DNA of 63,886 nt, counting the filler, from Parasitella parasitica NRRL 2501 (lineage: Eukaryota > Fungi > Mucoromycota), in the NCBI GenBank assembly GCA_025201805.1. It is 6 parts of 6 records of this genome, joined end to end, with 100 filler letters (N's around TTAATTAATTAA, not from the genome) between each part and the next. Parts side by side here need not be neighbours in the genome. Positions count along the whole stretch, not along the records: positions 1 to 31,568 come from MU619241.1; positions 31,669 to 56,596 come from MU619274.1; 4 more parts are not named here. One strand, 5' to 3'. A program made the translations under genes and the position numbers. The notes below the pieces were generated by a model. That model ran no database searches. It had not been told where the DNA came from and saw only the letters and a list, made by a program, of their open reading frames with translations. Shown here piece after piece: positions 27,030 through 39,200 of the stretch (within the stretch, counting starts at the first letter, position 1; each line of letters starts with the position of its first letter).

Positions 27030-27785
27030 ATCGCAAATTACAAGTGTACAACAGTAACCCTCTATCTACCATGTTTACTTAATAATAAATGAAATTTGAA
27101 CCCTATTTTCTGCAAGAATTAAGGAAAAATGTGAATTCATGGGACCTTTACCCTAAAAAGGAGGTGAAGATACTCAGTCTTCTAAAATCTACCCTTCTTT
27201 AACATCGGCTCGTACAATTTGCATTTCATTGCTGCTATCCAGCATATGAAAGCTTAAATGCCTTTTTCAAGCACATCTTGTCTCTAAAGGCAATATAATA
27301 TGTTGTAAGTGAAAGATGTCGCCAGAAGCATTAATCTAAATAAAGCATTTATTCATATCATGGGACACCAAGCAAATATGACCTGTCACTAGCTTGTTTC
27401 AGCAGAATTTAGCCATGTTGTGGTGTATTAATTACAAGACTACATTAATGACCGTTTGCCAAAATACCGTTTGACACCATCTTTTGTTCATAATGAAGCG
27501 AATTCGAATAGAAAAGAAGACGGTTTTCAACTGGGGCCCATAGAGGAAGATCACTAGCTGCAAGTTCAAAGGAGTAAACATCCTTTAATTATTAGAAATG
27601 TGAAAACACTCTCTTTATAGCTAAATTGTGCAATACGGAATAAATGTATGTAGATGCACCACGCTCCTGATTAAGCCAGAGTGTATTCCTCTATTATTCA
27701 TGTTAAAAGAACTTTATCTCTTTCGATTTTGCACTAGCTGACTGACTGATTCGGGTAAGGATTTTATTTATTAAATGATACGACC

Positions 27786-28980
27786 TTAAAAAATAAGGTC
27801 TTCATCCTCACTACCTAACATGTCAAGTTGACCTGTTTCATGAGCTGCTTGGAGTGTTGGTACTGCAATATGTAAATCAGCATACGTTTACTTTAGTAAT
27901 AAATATCTGAACATTACCTTCATGGCCAAACTGTTCAGCGAGAGCAGCATTCTTGGCTCTGATAGCATCTTCAACGGCAGCACGCTCCTTCTTTTTGCTT
28001 TGAACCTTCTTTAATCTGTTTCCAACAGAAGCATTAAAATAAAAAGAATGCTGCTTGTTTTATGGACATTACCTGAAGAATTCTTCTCTGTCTTGCTCAT
28101 CCAATTCAGAAATGATATATTTAATGGTATTTTCGTAGCGAGGAATAATAACATGTTCAATAGCATTGACACGGCGGTTGGTTGCCTTGATAACTTCGTC
28201 CAAAATAACAAAGGCAGTCTAAGAAATGATAAGTGTCAAAATGTCAAAATGTCTGTGTAAATGACAGAGTTTCTGCGCAGATTACCTGCAAACTGGCAAG
28301 TTCTACCAAAGTTTCAACAGCTTTGGTATAAACCTCCTTGGCTCTTTGAATTTGTTGGCCACCACGACCAAGACCAGTGAATTCAAAGGCTGTTTCATCG
28401 CTTTTAATATTAGCAGCAACTAACTTTATGTCCTACTCACCATTGCCACCCTCGTTATACATTTCAAAAACAGGAAGCATCACACCAGACACATTTTCTT
28501 GCTTGGCACGAACACGCAGTTGAGCTGATTTTGAAGATTCTTGAATTTGATAACTAGAGACTTATTTAAGTTGAACCATCTTTTTCGACTCTGCATTATG
28601 GCCATACCTAATGTCGCCAGTGATATATTGAACTTCAGCGAGAGAGAAGGAAGCAAGTTGCATAACTTGACCCATCTTGCGTTTGAGCTATGGCCATACG
28701 ATGTTTAGCTCAAGAGAACACACCGAGAAAATCGTAACTTACCTCGTCAATCTTGACTGTGATACCTCTGAAACGTTTAGTCAAAGCTTCTGATTTTCTC
28801 TTCAAGAGAGAGTGGCCGGTTTGAGCTCCCTTCAACTTGAGCTTCATGTTGGTGAGTGCCCTATTTCAACTATTTTAGGTTGTCTTGCCTTGACTTGAAA
28901 CATCAAAGGATGACGATAAACAATATGCATACATACATTCGCGTAGGGAAAATGTTGATACGAGCGTTGTTGCCAGACAT
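27786..28980 (-). CDS. VMA8: V-type ATPase V1 subunit D, multi-exon
   Basis: Hand-spliced [81 protein letters not shown]; ends DEDLIF*. Confidence 0.95.
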
Positions 28981-30680
28981 ATGTTATACAGATTTACAAA
29001 AATACTAATGAAAAATGGCGAGCAAGATAAAAAAAGAAAACCTTGTTATGAAACGAACAGAATCCAAGAGAAAAGGGGATGATACACTTCATGTTTGGTA
29101 AAACCAGAGTACATCTCCGCCTATACCGTACAACAATCGGCCATCACGTCACATCGTTCGCTAGCAGATCAAGAGAGCACGAAATGCAACGTAAACTGCT
29201 TGGAGAATAGTAACAGTGCCTGAGAAACGACATTGCTTTTTTAAATTACAACGAGAAATACAGCACATCAATCGATCGTACAGATCATAGCACTTTTCGT
29301 GGAATATTAATCTTTAAAATGTGCTGTTCCTTGCATCACAGTTCACAGGGCAAATGATCGAGTTTATTTATCCACATGCTTATTTGACAAGCATCCAGCC
29401 CGGTTGCTACTGACTATGGGTAACTAGGCATGTGAACAATGTTTCTTTTTGCAATATATCACTATATATTAAAAAGCATCTTCGTACGACAGCTTGTTCG
29501 ATAAGCAATAGTCAATCATTGCTAAATGTTTACCTTAGATACCCACAATATCATATTGCTTTGCAAGAGAAACCATATCTTTCATAATCAAGGTATTGTT
29601 AAATACATTACTCGGTAAATATCACATTTGGAGATCACCAATTAGCTTTTTTTTTTCACAATTTTAGTAGCATTTAAATTGTTTTTAACCAGCTCAAGTC
29701 GTTACAACCACTCCATGTAATTTCTTACAGCTAATACTTGCTATTTGATGCATTTTCACTAAAGAAATTGGCGATAAAAAAAAACGTCCTCAACAAACTC
29801 ATACACACATAGTAGAACGAATAAACAATGAAACTATTGAAATGCACTGCTGCTGTTGTTGCTGTTGTTGTGATTGTGGCGGTTGCTTGTTGTTTACTTG
29901 TTGGTTCGAGAGGAATGAAAGTTTCCACGTCCTCCTTTTCTTGGATGAAAACCTCCTCCTCCTGGTCGTCTGAAGGGCCCTTTCGAGTTTTTGCCATAAT
30001 TTCATGAGAAAGATGCCGCTGCTGCAACGATCTTTGGTTCAAACTGTGCTTTTTGTAGTCCAAAGGCACTGACTATTCTTCTGTCATATTCAGCGTCTTT
30101 TCTCTCCAGATTGTATAGAGAAGAATTTACATGTAATATTATGACATTAAAACAGTTCCTTTTTAACTAATTAAACACACACACGTACGCATGGATATAT
30201 AAAGTTTCTGAAAATGGCAGGTGCTAATTTTCTCTGGATTAATTATTGATAGCGTGTATTATTTTGAACGATAACATAGTAATCACGCACCAAACAGACG
30301 GCCTGTACAGGCCACCCGTGATACACAAGTGAGAAATGGGTATTAACCGTTGTCCCAATGAAAAACAAAGCATCACAGACAGATGAATGAAATAAATCTG
30401 TCGCAGAGAATTGTAGATGGTGGCCTCAGTGATCGCCACGTATTCTATCTTGGCCTACAATATGCGACGTTGGTAGGGTCTGTCAATCGTTTTGTAAATA
30501 TCTTATACCTGTGATTATATAAATCATAGTGAGAGACAAAGTATAGAGAGACCCTCTATATCCTCACTTGATTGCACCAAATTCTGTGTCAAATTGCGTT
30601 TGTGTTGAATGTGCACAATGTTATAGCAAGTTATGCTGAGGATTGGTATATTTGAAACTCGCTGCGCATATTTACAAACC

Positions 30681-31110
30681 TCAAAGCGGTACATACGCAC
30701 ATTGTCTTTTCCCGTCGAGATTCTGCATAGCAGGTAGGCCTGGCATTACATTACCTAGCAGAGATGAGCACAGGCTCAATAGAGTGATGTATGCGTTTGT
30801 AGTTGAGTCAAATGTGGTTTTAAAAAAATTAAAAAAGAACAAGTCCACAGAAGAAAGATGAGAGCATGTTTCTCCCAAGCTTTTGCTATCATCTTTGAGC
30901 GTTACTCTTCGCTTTTGTATTTCTCGACATGTTGTGTTCCATGTTTCTTTGATTTGTAAACGACCTTCGATTAATAAGCAGGCTACAGTATCGTCTGGTG
31001 TAATGTTTCTCCTTGGACCGTTGCAAACGATTATTTTAGTTCTCAGAATGTAAATTTGGCCATGAGGAAACCCAAGTACTTTTGCCTCTTCTGCGTAATT
31101 GACACAGTTT
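30681..31110 (-). mobile_element. Possible highly decayed Tc1-like transposase N-terminal remnant
   Basis: Weak resemblance only: NYAEEAKVLGFP (HTH-like) and GPRRNITP (GRPRK-like). Confidence 0.25.
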
Positions 31111-31304
31111 TAGATGCATTTTATATTCTTTTCCCTCTTCCCTCGCGCTATTATCTTACATTTATTTTATCTTTACCGTTTCAGTATAATTACCCTTATC
31201 CATATTTTCACATTGTTGAGCGCCGCTTCTGATGGTCTGTAAGTCCATCTTTACGTGCGACAAATAAAACTCATTTAAAAAAAAAAAAAAAAAAAGTACT
31301 TTTG

Positions 31305-31568
31305 CCTCACTGACTTTTTCTCTCTGACTTTCCTCTGACTTTCCTCTGACTTTTCCTCTGACTTTTTTCCTCTCTGACTTTTCCTCTGACTTTCCTCTGA
31401 CTTTCCGCTGACTTTTTTCCTCTCTTTGACTCTGTGACTTTTTCCTCTGACTTTCCTCTGACTTTCCTCTGACTTTCCTCTGACTTTTCCTCTGACTTTT
31501 CCTCTGACTTTTTTCCTCTTTTTGACTCTGTGACTTTTTCCTCTGACTTTCCTCTGACTTTCCTCTGA
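31305..31568. repeat. Minisatellite of ~11-bp unit TTTCCTCTGAC with variable T tract, truncated by an assembly gap
   Basis: About 20 consecutive copies are visible, with a higher-order variant (TTTGACTCTGTGAC) occurring twice. Confidence 0.95.
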
Positions 31569-31668
31569 NNNNNNNNNNNNNNNNNNNNNNNNNNNNNNNN
31601 NNNNNNNNNNNNTTAATTAATTAANNNNNNNNNNNNNNNNNNNNNNNNNNNNNNNNNNNNNNNNNNNN
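31569..31668. other. Artificial contig-join linker (N44-TTAATTAATTAA-N44); also at 56597-56696, 59125-59224, 61419-61518 and 62578-62677
   Basis: Identical 100-nt spacer with stop codons in all six frames, present five times. Confidence 0.97.
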
Positions 31669-32821
31669 GTTACATCTGCGAATGCCTCATTGATTCTAAG
31701 CTTAACGCATTGCTCTTTGCTAGACATACTTCTTACATGAATATCTCAGGACTAGGTTTTTGATCATACATCATGCAAGAGATAACAAGAGTTAAAGGAG
31801 ATGTAAAATAGTTTCGGCAGTGTTCAAGCCTCCTAAAATGAGGTGAGTTGAAAATAAAATAATGACATATAATATCAATTTAACACACTTCCAAACACGA
31901 TATGTAAGTAACCATTTTATTCTTATAATAATGCAATAGAAATTTATTCATTAAACACATTTCCTTGTGCTAACGCGCAGATGTATGTGTTTGTTCGAAC
32001 AAGAAAAATTGTATGAAGGCAAAGAGATAACTTCCATTTCGTAGTTTGCTATTTAGATTGATTTTGCATTCTACCAAACGTAATCTTCGTAAGACTTTAC
32101 TAAAACCATTAGCAACTGCCATTAATACCGCATGTATTTGCCCTGGATGCTCTGACGCTTGGCAATAGGTGTTGTACTTTGATCAAGGCAGGCAGTAGTA
32201 GTATGTTCTAAAACCTCTGGACTTTTGTTCTTGGGCGGTTACTTATTAGTGTAAATTCTGAACTACTATGTGCAATGTGATGTAGGTAAAAGCAAGTATA
32301 GTACAATTATTTGCTCATCCGTTTTCTTTTGCATGATTGTGTAGCGAAGACAGCTGGAAAAATAAAGCTTTGCATATATCTGATACCCACTGTAACGTTG
32401 AAATTTTCTAATGTTTGCACAGGCAATATCTCTGGATACATAAAGAATTGTAACCAAGAACAACAAGTTGGCATGCCACTATACTCTATCCCGGTTACTC
32501 AAGTAAGTGGTTAGTGAGACAGTATTATTATTGCACTAATATATAATATCATAGCACAACCTCAGCTACTTTATAAGAATAAAACTTTTTATTACGTATG
32601 CTATCATCCCAATCACTTGTTGATTATACTCGGCATTTACTGCCAACTTTACTTTTAATGTAATCTAAAAAGACATTCTACAATTGCAGCACATATTAGT
32701 TTAGTCTGTATTTGAGATGTACCGTATTTTAGTTACAGTAGTATACATCTATAACATGTTTTTGTACGGTAATCGTAATAAAGTAAACGTTTGGGAGTTG
32801 CAATCTTACTATTTTTATTGA

Positions 32822-33160
32822 AATGTGGCCAAAAAGAAGAAAAGGGATGTAGCTGAGACTAGCGACGACAAAGAAACTTTGAAGGATGATACCACTGCAG
32901 TTGATGCAAAACTAGCTCCAAAAGAGCTTGTCAATGAGCTCCTTGATATTATGGATAAGGGGAATCTTTAAAGGAAAGATATTTAATGATGGATAATACT
33001 GGTATCCATAAGTCGAAACCGATGATTCGAGAAATCGAAGCTAGAGATTAGTAATATATATCTCTCCCCCCCCCCCTTACTCCCCTGAGCTAAATCCTAT
33101 TGAACAATTTTGGGCCTTTGTAAAAGGAAAAATGAAGCGCCACCGCTTAATGAAAGATAA
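32822..33160 (+). mobile_element. Decayed IS630/Tc1-family DDE transposase fragment
   Basis: LMMDNTGIHKSK ... PPYSPELNPIEQFWAFVKGKMKR, with stops and frameshifts. Confidence 0.85.
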
Positions 33161-33622
33161 GACATTTATGGCCTTTGCCTTCATTCCAAACATCAAATTA
33201 TAAATTGCTTTAAACGAATTTCATTGAATAAACATCTACTAATTTCAACTACAAATCAACTGAAATGTTCCGAGAACCAAAACATTAAATGGTTAAGCGC
33301 TATGAATTAAACCTAGCAGCATATTTTCCTCTTACTATGTTCTATTCATATATGACCGACAAATGTACTTTTTTTGCAGCCAACAATATCCACCATCCGG
33401 ACTACGATATATGACTGATCATTACAGTGATATCACACCTTTGTGGTACATTGAAATACGTGGCATTTTCGCAGCAAATCAATGTCCAACATTTATCACA
33501 TGCATTAACGAGTTCCTAGCGCACCTGGGAGTGTAAATGAATCTCAAGTGTTGCAGGATTTAGAGTTTTTTGGGGCACAAAAACTTGTTTTCACCTTTTC
33601 CTTTTGCTTTGCATCGTTAAAC

Positions 33623-34436
33623 ATGTCTGCTCTCATTGACTTTTCAAAAACTTCGTTGCATCTTACGATAGCCCATATTCTTTTCAACCCAATCTTTTGG
33701 AATACAGCTGCAAGAGCAGGTAAGCATATAGGACGAAAACGTCTTGGACAAAATTATTTATGGGACCCTCATATAGAGTACCGAAAGAAGGTATTGACAA
33801 AATTGGCTGGTGGTGATCCTTATAGAGGGACATATGCATTAGCAGTAATGATCTTTACTTTGGGGATTACTAGAGATTATTTGTAAGTAATGATTTGACT
33901 ATAATTGCTGAAAATACTGGGGATGCTGATTATCCGATGACTAGGTATCATCAAGCATTAGCTGATCAACCTACACATCCTTTCTTTGGCCAACCCGCAA
34001 TTCAAATTTCTGCTGTTCTTTTATTCTTGATTGGCAATGTTCTCGTCTTATCATCCATGTGGGCTCTTGGTGTTACCGGAACTTATCTTGGTAAGCTATC
34101 AACACCGTCTTACGTTTGCGTTATATTCACGCAATCAACTTATAGGCGACTATTTCGGTATTTTGATGAAGGAGCGTGTTACAGGATTTCCCTTCAATGT
34201 TTGTGATAACCCCATGTACATCGGATCTACTTGCACCTTCATGGCAACTGCGTTATGGTAAATATTGTGATGTATTAATATTGACGTAATTCGCTAATAT
34301 GCTGGGGGGGATTAGGTATCAAAGCCCTGCTGGCGTATTCTTGACAGCCATTGTATATGTTGTGTATAAGGTTGCGTTGACATTTGAGGAGCCTTTTACT
34401 GGTATGATTTATGCCAACAAGGACAAGAAGAACTAA
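33623..34436 (+). CDS. OPI3: Phospholipid N-methyltransferase (PEMT/Opi3)
   Basis: FNPIFWNTAAR, LSSMWALGVTGTYLGDYFGILM, VTGFPFNVCDNPMYIGST, FEEPFTGMIY. Confidence 0.95.
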
Positions 34437-34529
34437 ATATTACATTGGCTGAGGTTCGATAAAACAAAAAGTATGCCTGATTTGTATTCACTAGTAAATA
34501 ATTGATTTGTATCTATTAAAATGACATTT

Positions 34530-36127
34530 CTACAAGGATATGATTTGTAAAGAAAGGGAAAATAACATCGGGCTAGTCATGTAGTATGCAATGGCATAAG
34601 TTATAGACCCAAATAGAATGGATATTGGTAAAGCAGGTAACGCTCTTCTATTCAGTGTCAAAATTAGAATTGTTATAGAAAGACCCTACAAAATATTACT
34701 ACCGATTTCATCAATTCAAAACCTGCAGTAGTCTACTCACTGTCAATATTGCGAGAATACACAAGCATAACGTAACAGCATCTGTTTTTGCTGCTTTTCC
34801 TATTAACACACTATAAAATATAAAATCACCCAGCCCCAGTTTGATCGCATTCATCTCCTCTTCTTCTTCATCTTCAATGTTACTGATTTGCTCATCGTCT
34901 CTTCTATTATTATGAGATGACGAGGGATGCCTCGAAATGTTGTCTAGAACGATACTGGATGCACCGTTAGGGTCCTCATCTGGCTGATCGTTGTTTATAG
35001 GATGATATACTTTGTTTTTACTGGAAAATGGCAACCATTTGCTGTGATATCTAGGACTAGATTCTTGTGTTCGGTATCCTCCAATAAAGTCGTTTTCTGT
35101 ATCAAAAGAAGCCATGCCAGCCGAGTATACAAGTGCGGGTATGTTCTCTTGACGCTCTTCCGCCATTGTGATCAATAATTTCAATGGGCCACCAGGACAG
35201 AGCACTGCAAATAAATCTGGAGCACCTTTGATAAGTTTCTAATCACAATCCCATTTGATTTAACCTTACCATAAATTGCTACTGCAATCAGTATTGTCCA
35301 TGTGGTCCAAGGTGGCATCCTCAACATGCTTATCGACTATAGCATGATCGAGTTAACAAACAATGCCCGAGCATGGTATGTGTGATACTTACTGTGGCAG
35401 CACTGACTAGTATTAAGTAGGCCTGCTGCACCCAAAGTGGGCTTTTCCAGAATATGGCCACTACACCTACAACCGCTACGTTCCATGTGCAAAATAGCAT
35501 GGTAAGATAATCCATTGGTACATTATATACATTCATCATTTCACTATATTTGAATTTGTAAATGTACACATCACTAGCATATTTTACAGATCTTACATCC
35601 ACAGAGTGGAAGCTGTTACACCCAAAATTGACAAAACGGATAAACCCAACCAAAAGAATAAAAACTATGCATTTCATATGAAATCAATGCAGAATTGTCT
35701 TAACCCTGTTTACTTACTTTGTATAAACGATACTTGAAACATAGTACAAACATGAACGTCATTAATGTAATTCCACAAACTACGATAATTGCGTTCAAAA
35801 CACTGCCACCTAATCGAGTTGCTATACTATCTGATTGTAATTCGTCATACACCATCAAAGGATTACTATGTATGTAACACTCAGCACACAAATGAACGGT
35901 TTCTTTCGCATCGTTCAAGCTTGCCTTATTTGAGAATCATCGATATTCAACGTCACTTCAATCCAACAAGTCAATGCAAATGTTAGAACAAGTGGATAAA
36001 AAAGCAGTGTTAGCTGCTCAATATAAAACTGTATGGTTTCTCTTCTTTTTTGCTCCTGTTTGAACTGCTCTGAAGACTGTGTATGTTATTTAAAAGCCTT
36101 TTTGTCGCTCCTCAAGAGAAATACCAT
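34530..36127 (-). CDS. Presenilin (A22A intramembrane aspartyl protease, gamma-secretase catalytic subunit)
   Basis: Spliced WTTWTILIAVAIYDLFAVLCPGGPLKLL (catalytic YD), IPALVYS, KLGLGDFIFYSVLIGKA (GxGD), ALPALPISI (PAL), WNVAVVGVVAIFWKSP. Confidence 0.93.
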
Positions 36128-36242
36128 GTTAATATCATTGTCGGATTGCGCCAATAAAGACTGAAATGGGTCGTCATCGTCTTCATCTTCGGGATTATTA
36201 TTTGAGGACATTTTGTTATTTATTTGAAAGAAAACGAATTTA

Positions 36243-39200
36243 TCAAGGAGTGTTGCTTGAAGGAGTGTTTATGCGTTCGTTGTCCGAAACGCATTTGATT
36301 CCAAAGCCATTGAAGTTTTCAAAGCCATCGCGCACTTTCAATTCACTATCTGAGGCCAAAGCACTTTCAATGGCATCAGCAGCTGAGCGACCCTTGAATG
36401 AAGTTGATCTCAAACTACTAGATGATATAGGGGTCTTTGAAGGAGACTGCAGCTGATTATTTCTGTGAACCGGGACTTCAGGTGGTTCTTGCCCAACAGA
36501 GGCGGAAGCATCGCTTCTCTCCTCTAGTGTGACGGATGGAGTGGCACTTTTAGGAGCGACTGGAGTGGTGAGGGGAGAGTAGTCAAAGGCATCACCTCCG
36601 CTCTCATAAAGCTCTTTAAAACGAGAGTCAGAAACGACTGAACGGGGTCTGTCACCAGTAAGAGGGTCATAACGCCCAGTTGCTGCAGCACTAAGTCGGT
36701 TAGAAAGGTCCTAAAGATACAAGATTGTTTAGTGAAAAATTACTGTTTCATTACGGTATTAGCTTACGGAGCTCTCAATACTAGGAGATGTAGGTGCTGC
36801 TTTGTCTGATTTAACATCAGTTTCAGATGGAGTGTTGCTTAAACGTCTCTTGACGATACTATCGAGTATGGCAGACAAATCATCAGGGCTTTCATTCCTT
36901 GATCTAGATTTACGGATAGTGTAATCAATTGATGTCTTGCTTTCGTGAGATTGGTCAACTTTTCTCGTGTCATTGTTATCACCGATAAAGCTATTGATTG
37001 CTTCACTAATTTTTTCCAAAGGTTTACTATAGAGAGATTTTGATTTTCTATCTGCGTTCTTTTCATCAGTAGAGATATTACCAGACGATTGACCGCCAAC
37101 CAAAGCGTCAATATTTACGTTGCCCTCTAATCCAACAGAGCAGGAGCCTTCAGAAGTAGGCTTGTCGCTGGCGCCTATATTGAAGCGAGAACCCATGATA
37201 TCAGCATTTGTCCCGGTATCAACGCAAGGGCATTCAATGGATTCGGCTGCACTAACTGACATCTTGTTAAGAGACAGACTTGGAGAACGGGGAGGAGCAA
37301 CTGGGCCTTCAATTTTGGCGTTCACTCTGGGTAGATTAGCATGAATCTCGGAAATAGATAATTTTTTAAGGGTACCAGCTCCATGAAGATGAGCAATAGG
37401 CAATCCAGACATACTACGTTCAACAGAAACATCAGCATCAGGCAGGTTGCCACTAAAACCCCTTCTCAAGCTATCATCAACATCAGGAAGTGTATCTTCA
37501 ATTTTTGATGTGTCTATTGAGGCATTAAACTTGCAGCTACCATAAGAATATTTGAGCTTGGGATCACCGAATTCTCCGTCCGCAAAAGGGAGTTTGCCGT
37601 TCATCTTGGGAGTTGTGATAGAGCTTCTGAAAGTGGAATCATTATCATATGAATCAAGCTTGGGACCCTCCAAATCAGCATTCATACCAAGAGTATTATT
37701 GAGTTTGCCAGCAGCGTTTTCTTTCAAATCCACCAATCCTGCAGACGATTTACCAACGGTGCCTAGTACTCCAGAGATGTCAGTATTCGCATTGATGTCA
37801 ATATTCGCATTGATGTCAATATCAGCATTGGGAGACATTAAATCATTATCGATTGAAGGAAGCTCATCGCTGGGGCTTATGATATTAGTATCGATAGTAG
37901 GAATTTTGCCATCAATGGATGCAGCATGAGGAGTGCTAACAGGCTTGTCAAGTTTTTCATGGATTTCAGGGAGGTCAACAATAGGGCTCTTCAACTCAGC
38001 GCTTATTGACGGGAGCCCGCCATCGAAAACAGAAGTATTAACAGGACTCTGGTACGCGCCTCTCATGTTCAGAGGACTCTTTTCCGAGGAGAAGTTACCA
38101 TTAATGTTAAGCGTGTTGATTGTACCGTCAAACTCTCCATCGAGAGTCTGAGATCCAACGTTGGGACCATTGAACTTTGCATCTACAGAGGGAATCGTTG
38201 CATCGATATCAGGTATATCAGTAGAGCTGCTGAATTTACTTGGAATCTCATCTTTCAAGCCCTTAAAGCTATAAGACAGTTTGTCACCAAGAGAGCTCGA
38301 TGGAATTGAATGGTTGTTATTAGCTTTTACGCCTTGAAATTTCACATCGCCATCAATTGATAAGAGTTCACCATCTAACCTTCCGTCAATACCAGGAAGA
38401 TTGACCTTGTGGCCAGTCAAATTAACATCCAAAGAGGCCTTATCAGAAACACCAGCATTAACACTTTCAAGACCAGAAACGTTCAACTCGGGACCATTCA
38501 ACTTTTTAGAAGATAATTCGCCATCGATAACAGGAGCTTTAATGGAGCCAGAAAGTTTGCTGTTGGCATCAGGACCCTCCAAGGTAAGAATTGTAGAAGA
38601 CTTTCCATCGACATTAGGTATATCAACAGAAGCATCGGTAGTTACTGAGGTATTATTTTGAAGACTATTGGAATTAGCAGATACTTTGTCAAGAGATACG
38701 GACAAGCCAACACCGTCAGTATTTACGTTTGACTTGAGAGACTTATTGGCGTCGATTGAAAGAATGCCTACGTCGGTGGATGGTAATCTACTGTCAATAA
38801 TACCAGTGCCACTAGAAAGATTACTATAGGGGCTACTTGAATCAGTATTGAAAGAAGGAAAATTTGCACCAACTGTGATTGCATTGGTATTGGCATTAGA
38901 GCTCTGAACATCGGAATCAATGCAGGGCATCAGGCCTTCGAGATCAGGAGTATCTACGGAGCTATCTAATTTTCCACTGCTACTAGTCTTATCACGCTTG
39001 CTACTCTTCAAGTTGGCATTGAAGGAAGGAAGGGCTGTACTAGTATCTGGCGTGTCGATTGATGCATCAATATTTCTCATTAAGCTCTTGGCACCAGCAG
39101 TCATTTTACTTGAAGAACTTGATAATCCTGATCCATCGAAATTAACATCGGCATTGATTTCTTCCTTTGTTGACATGCCATTTAATTCTGGTGTGTCGAT

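Noticed and set aside
29731-30087. 112-aa ORF with E- and T-rich tracts
   Set aside because: The upstream in-frame ATG is followed by a stop (MTEE*) and no family is recognisable; cannot be supported as a gene.
31569-31668. Recurring palindromic TTAATTAATTAA motif (5 copies)
   Set aside because: Always embedded in a fixed N spacer; it is an assembly linker, not biology.
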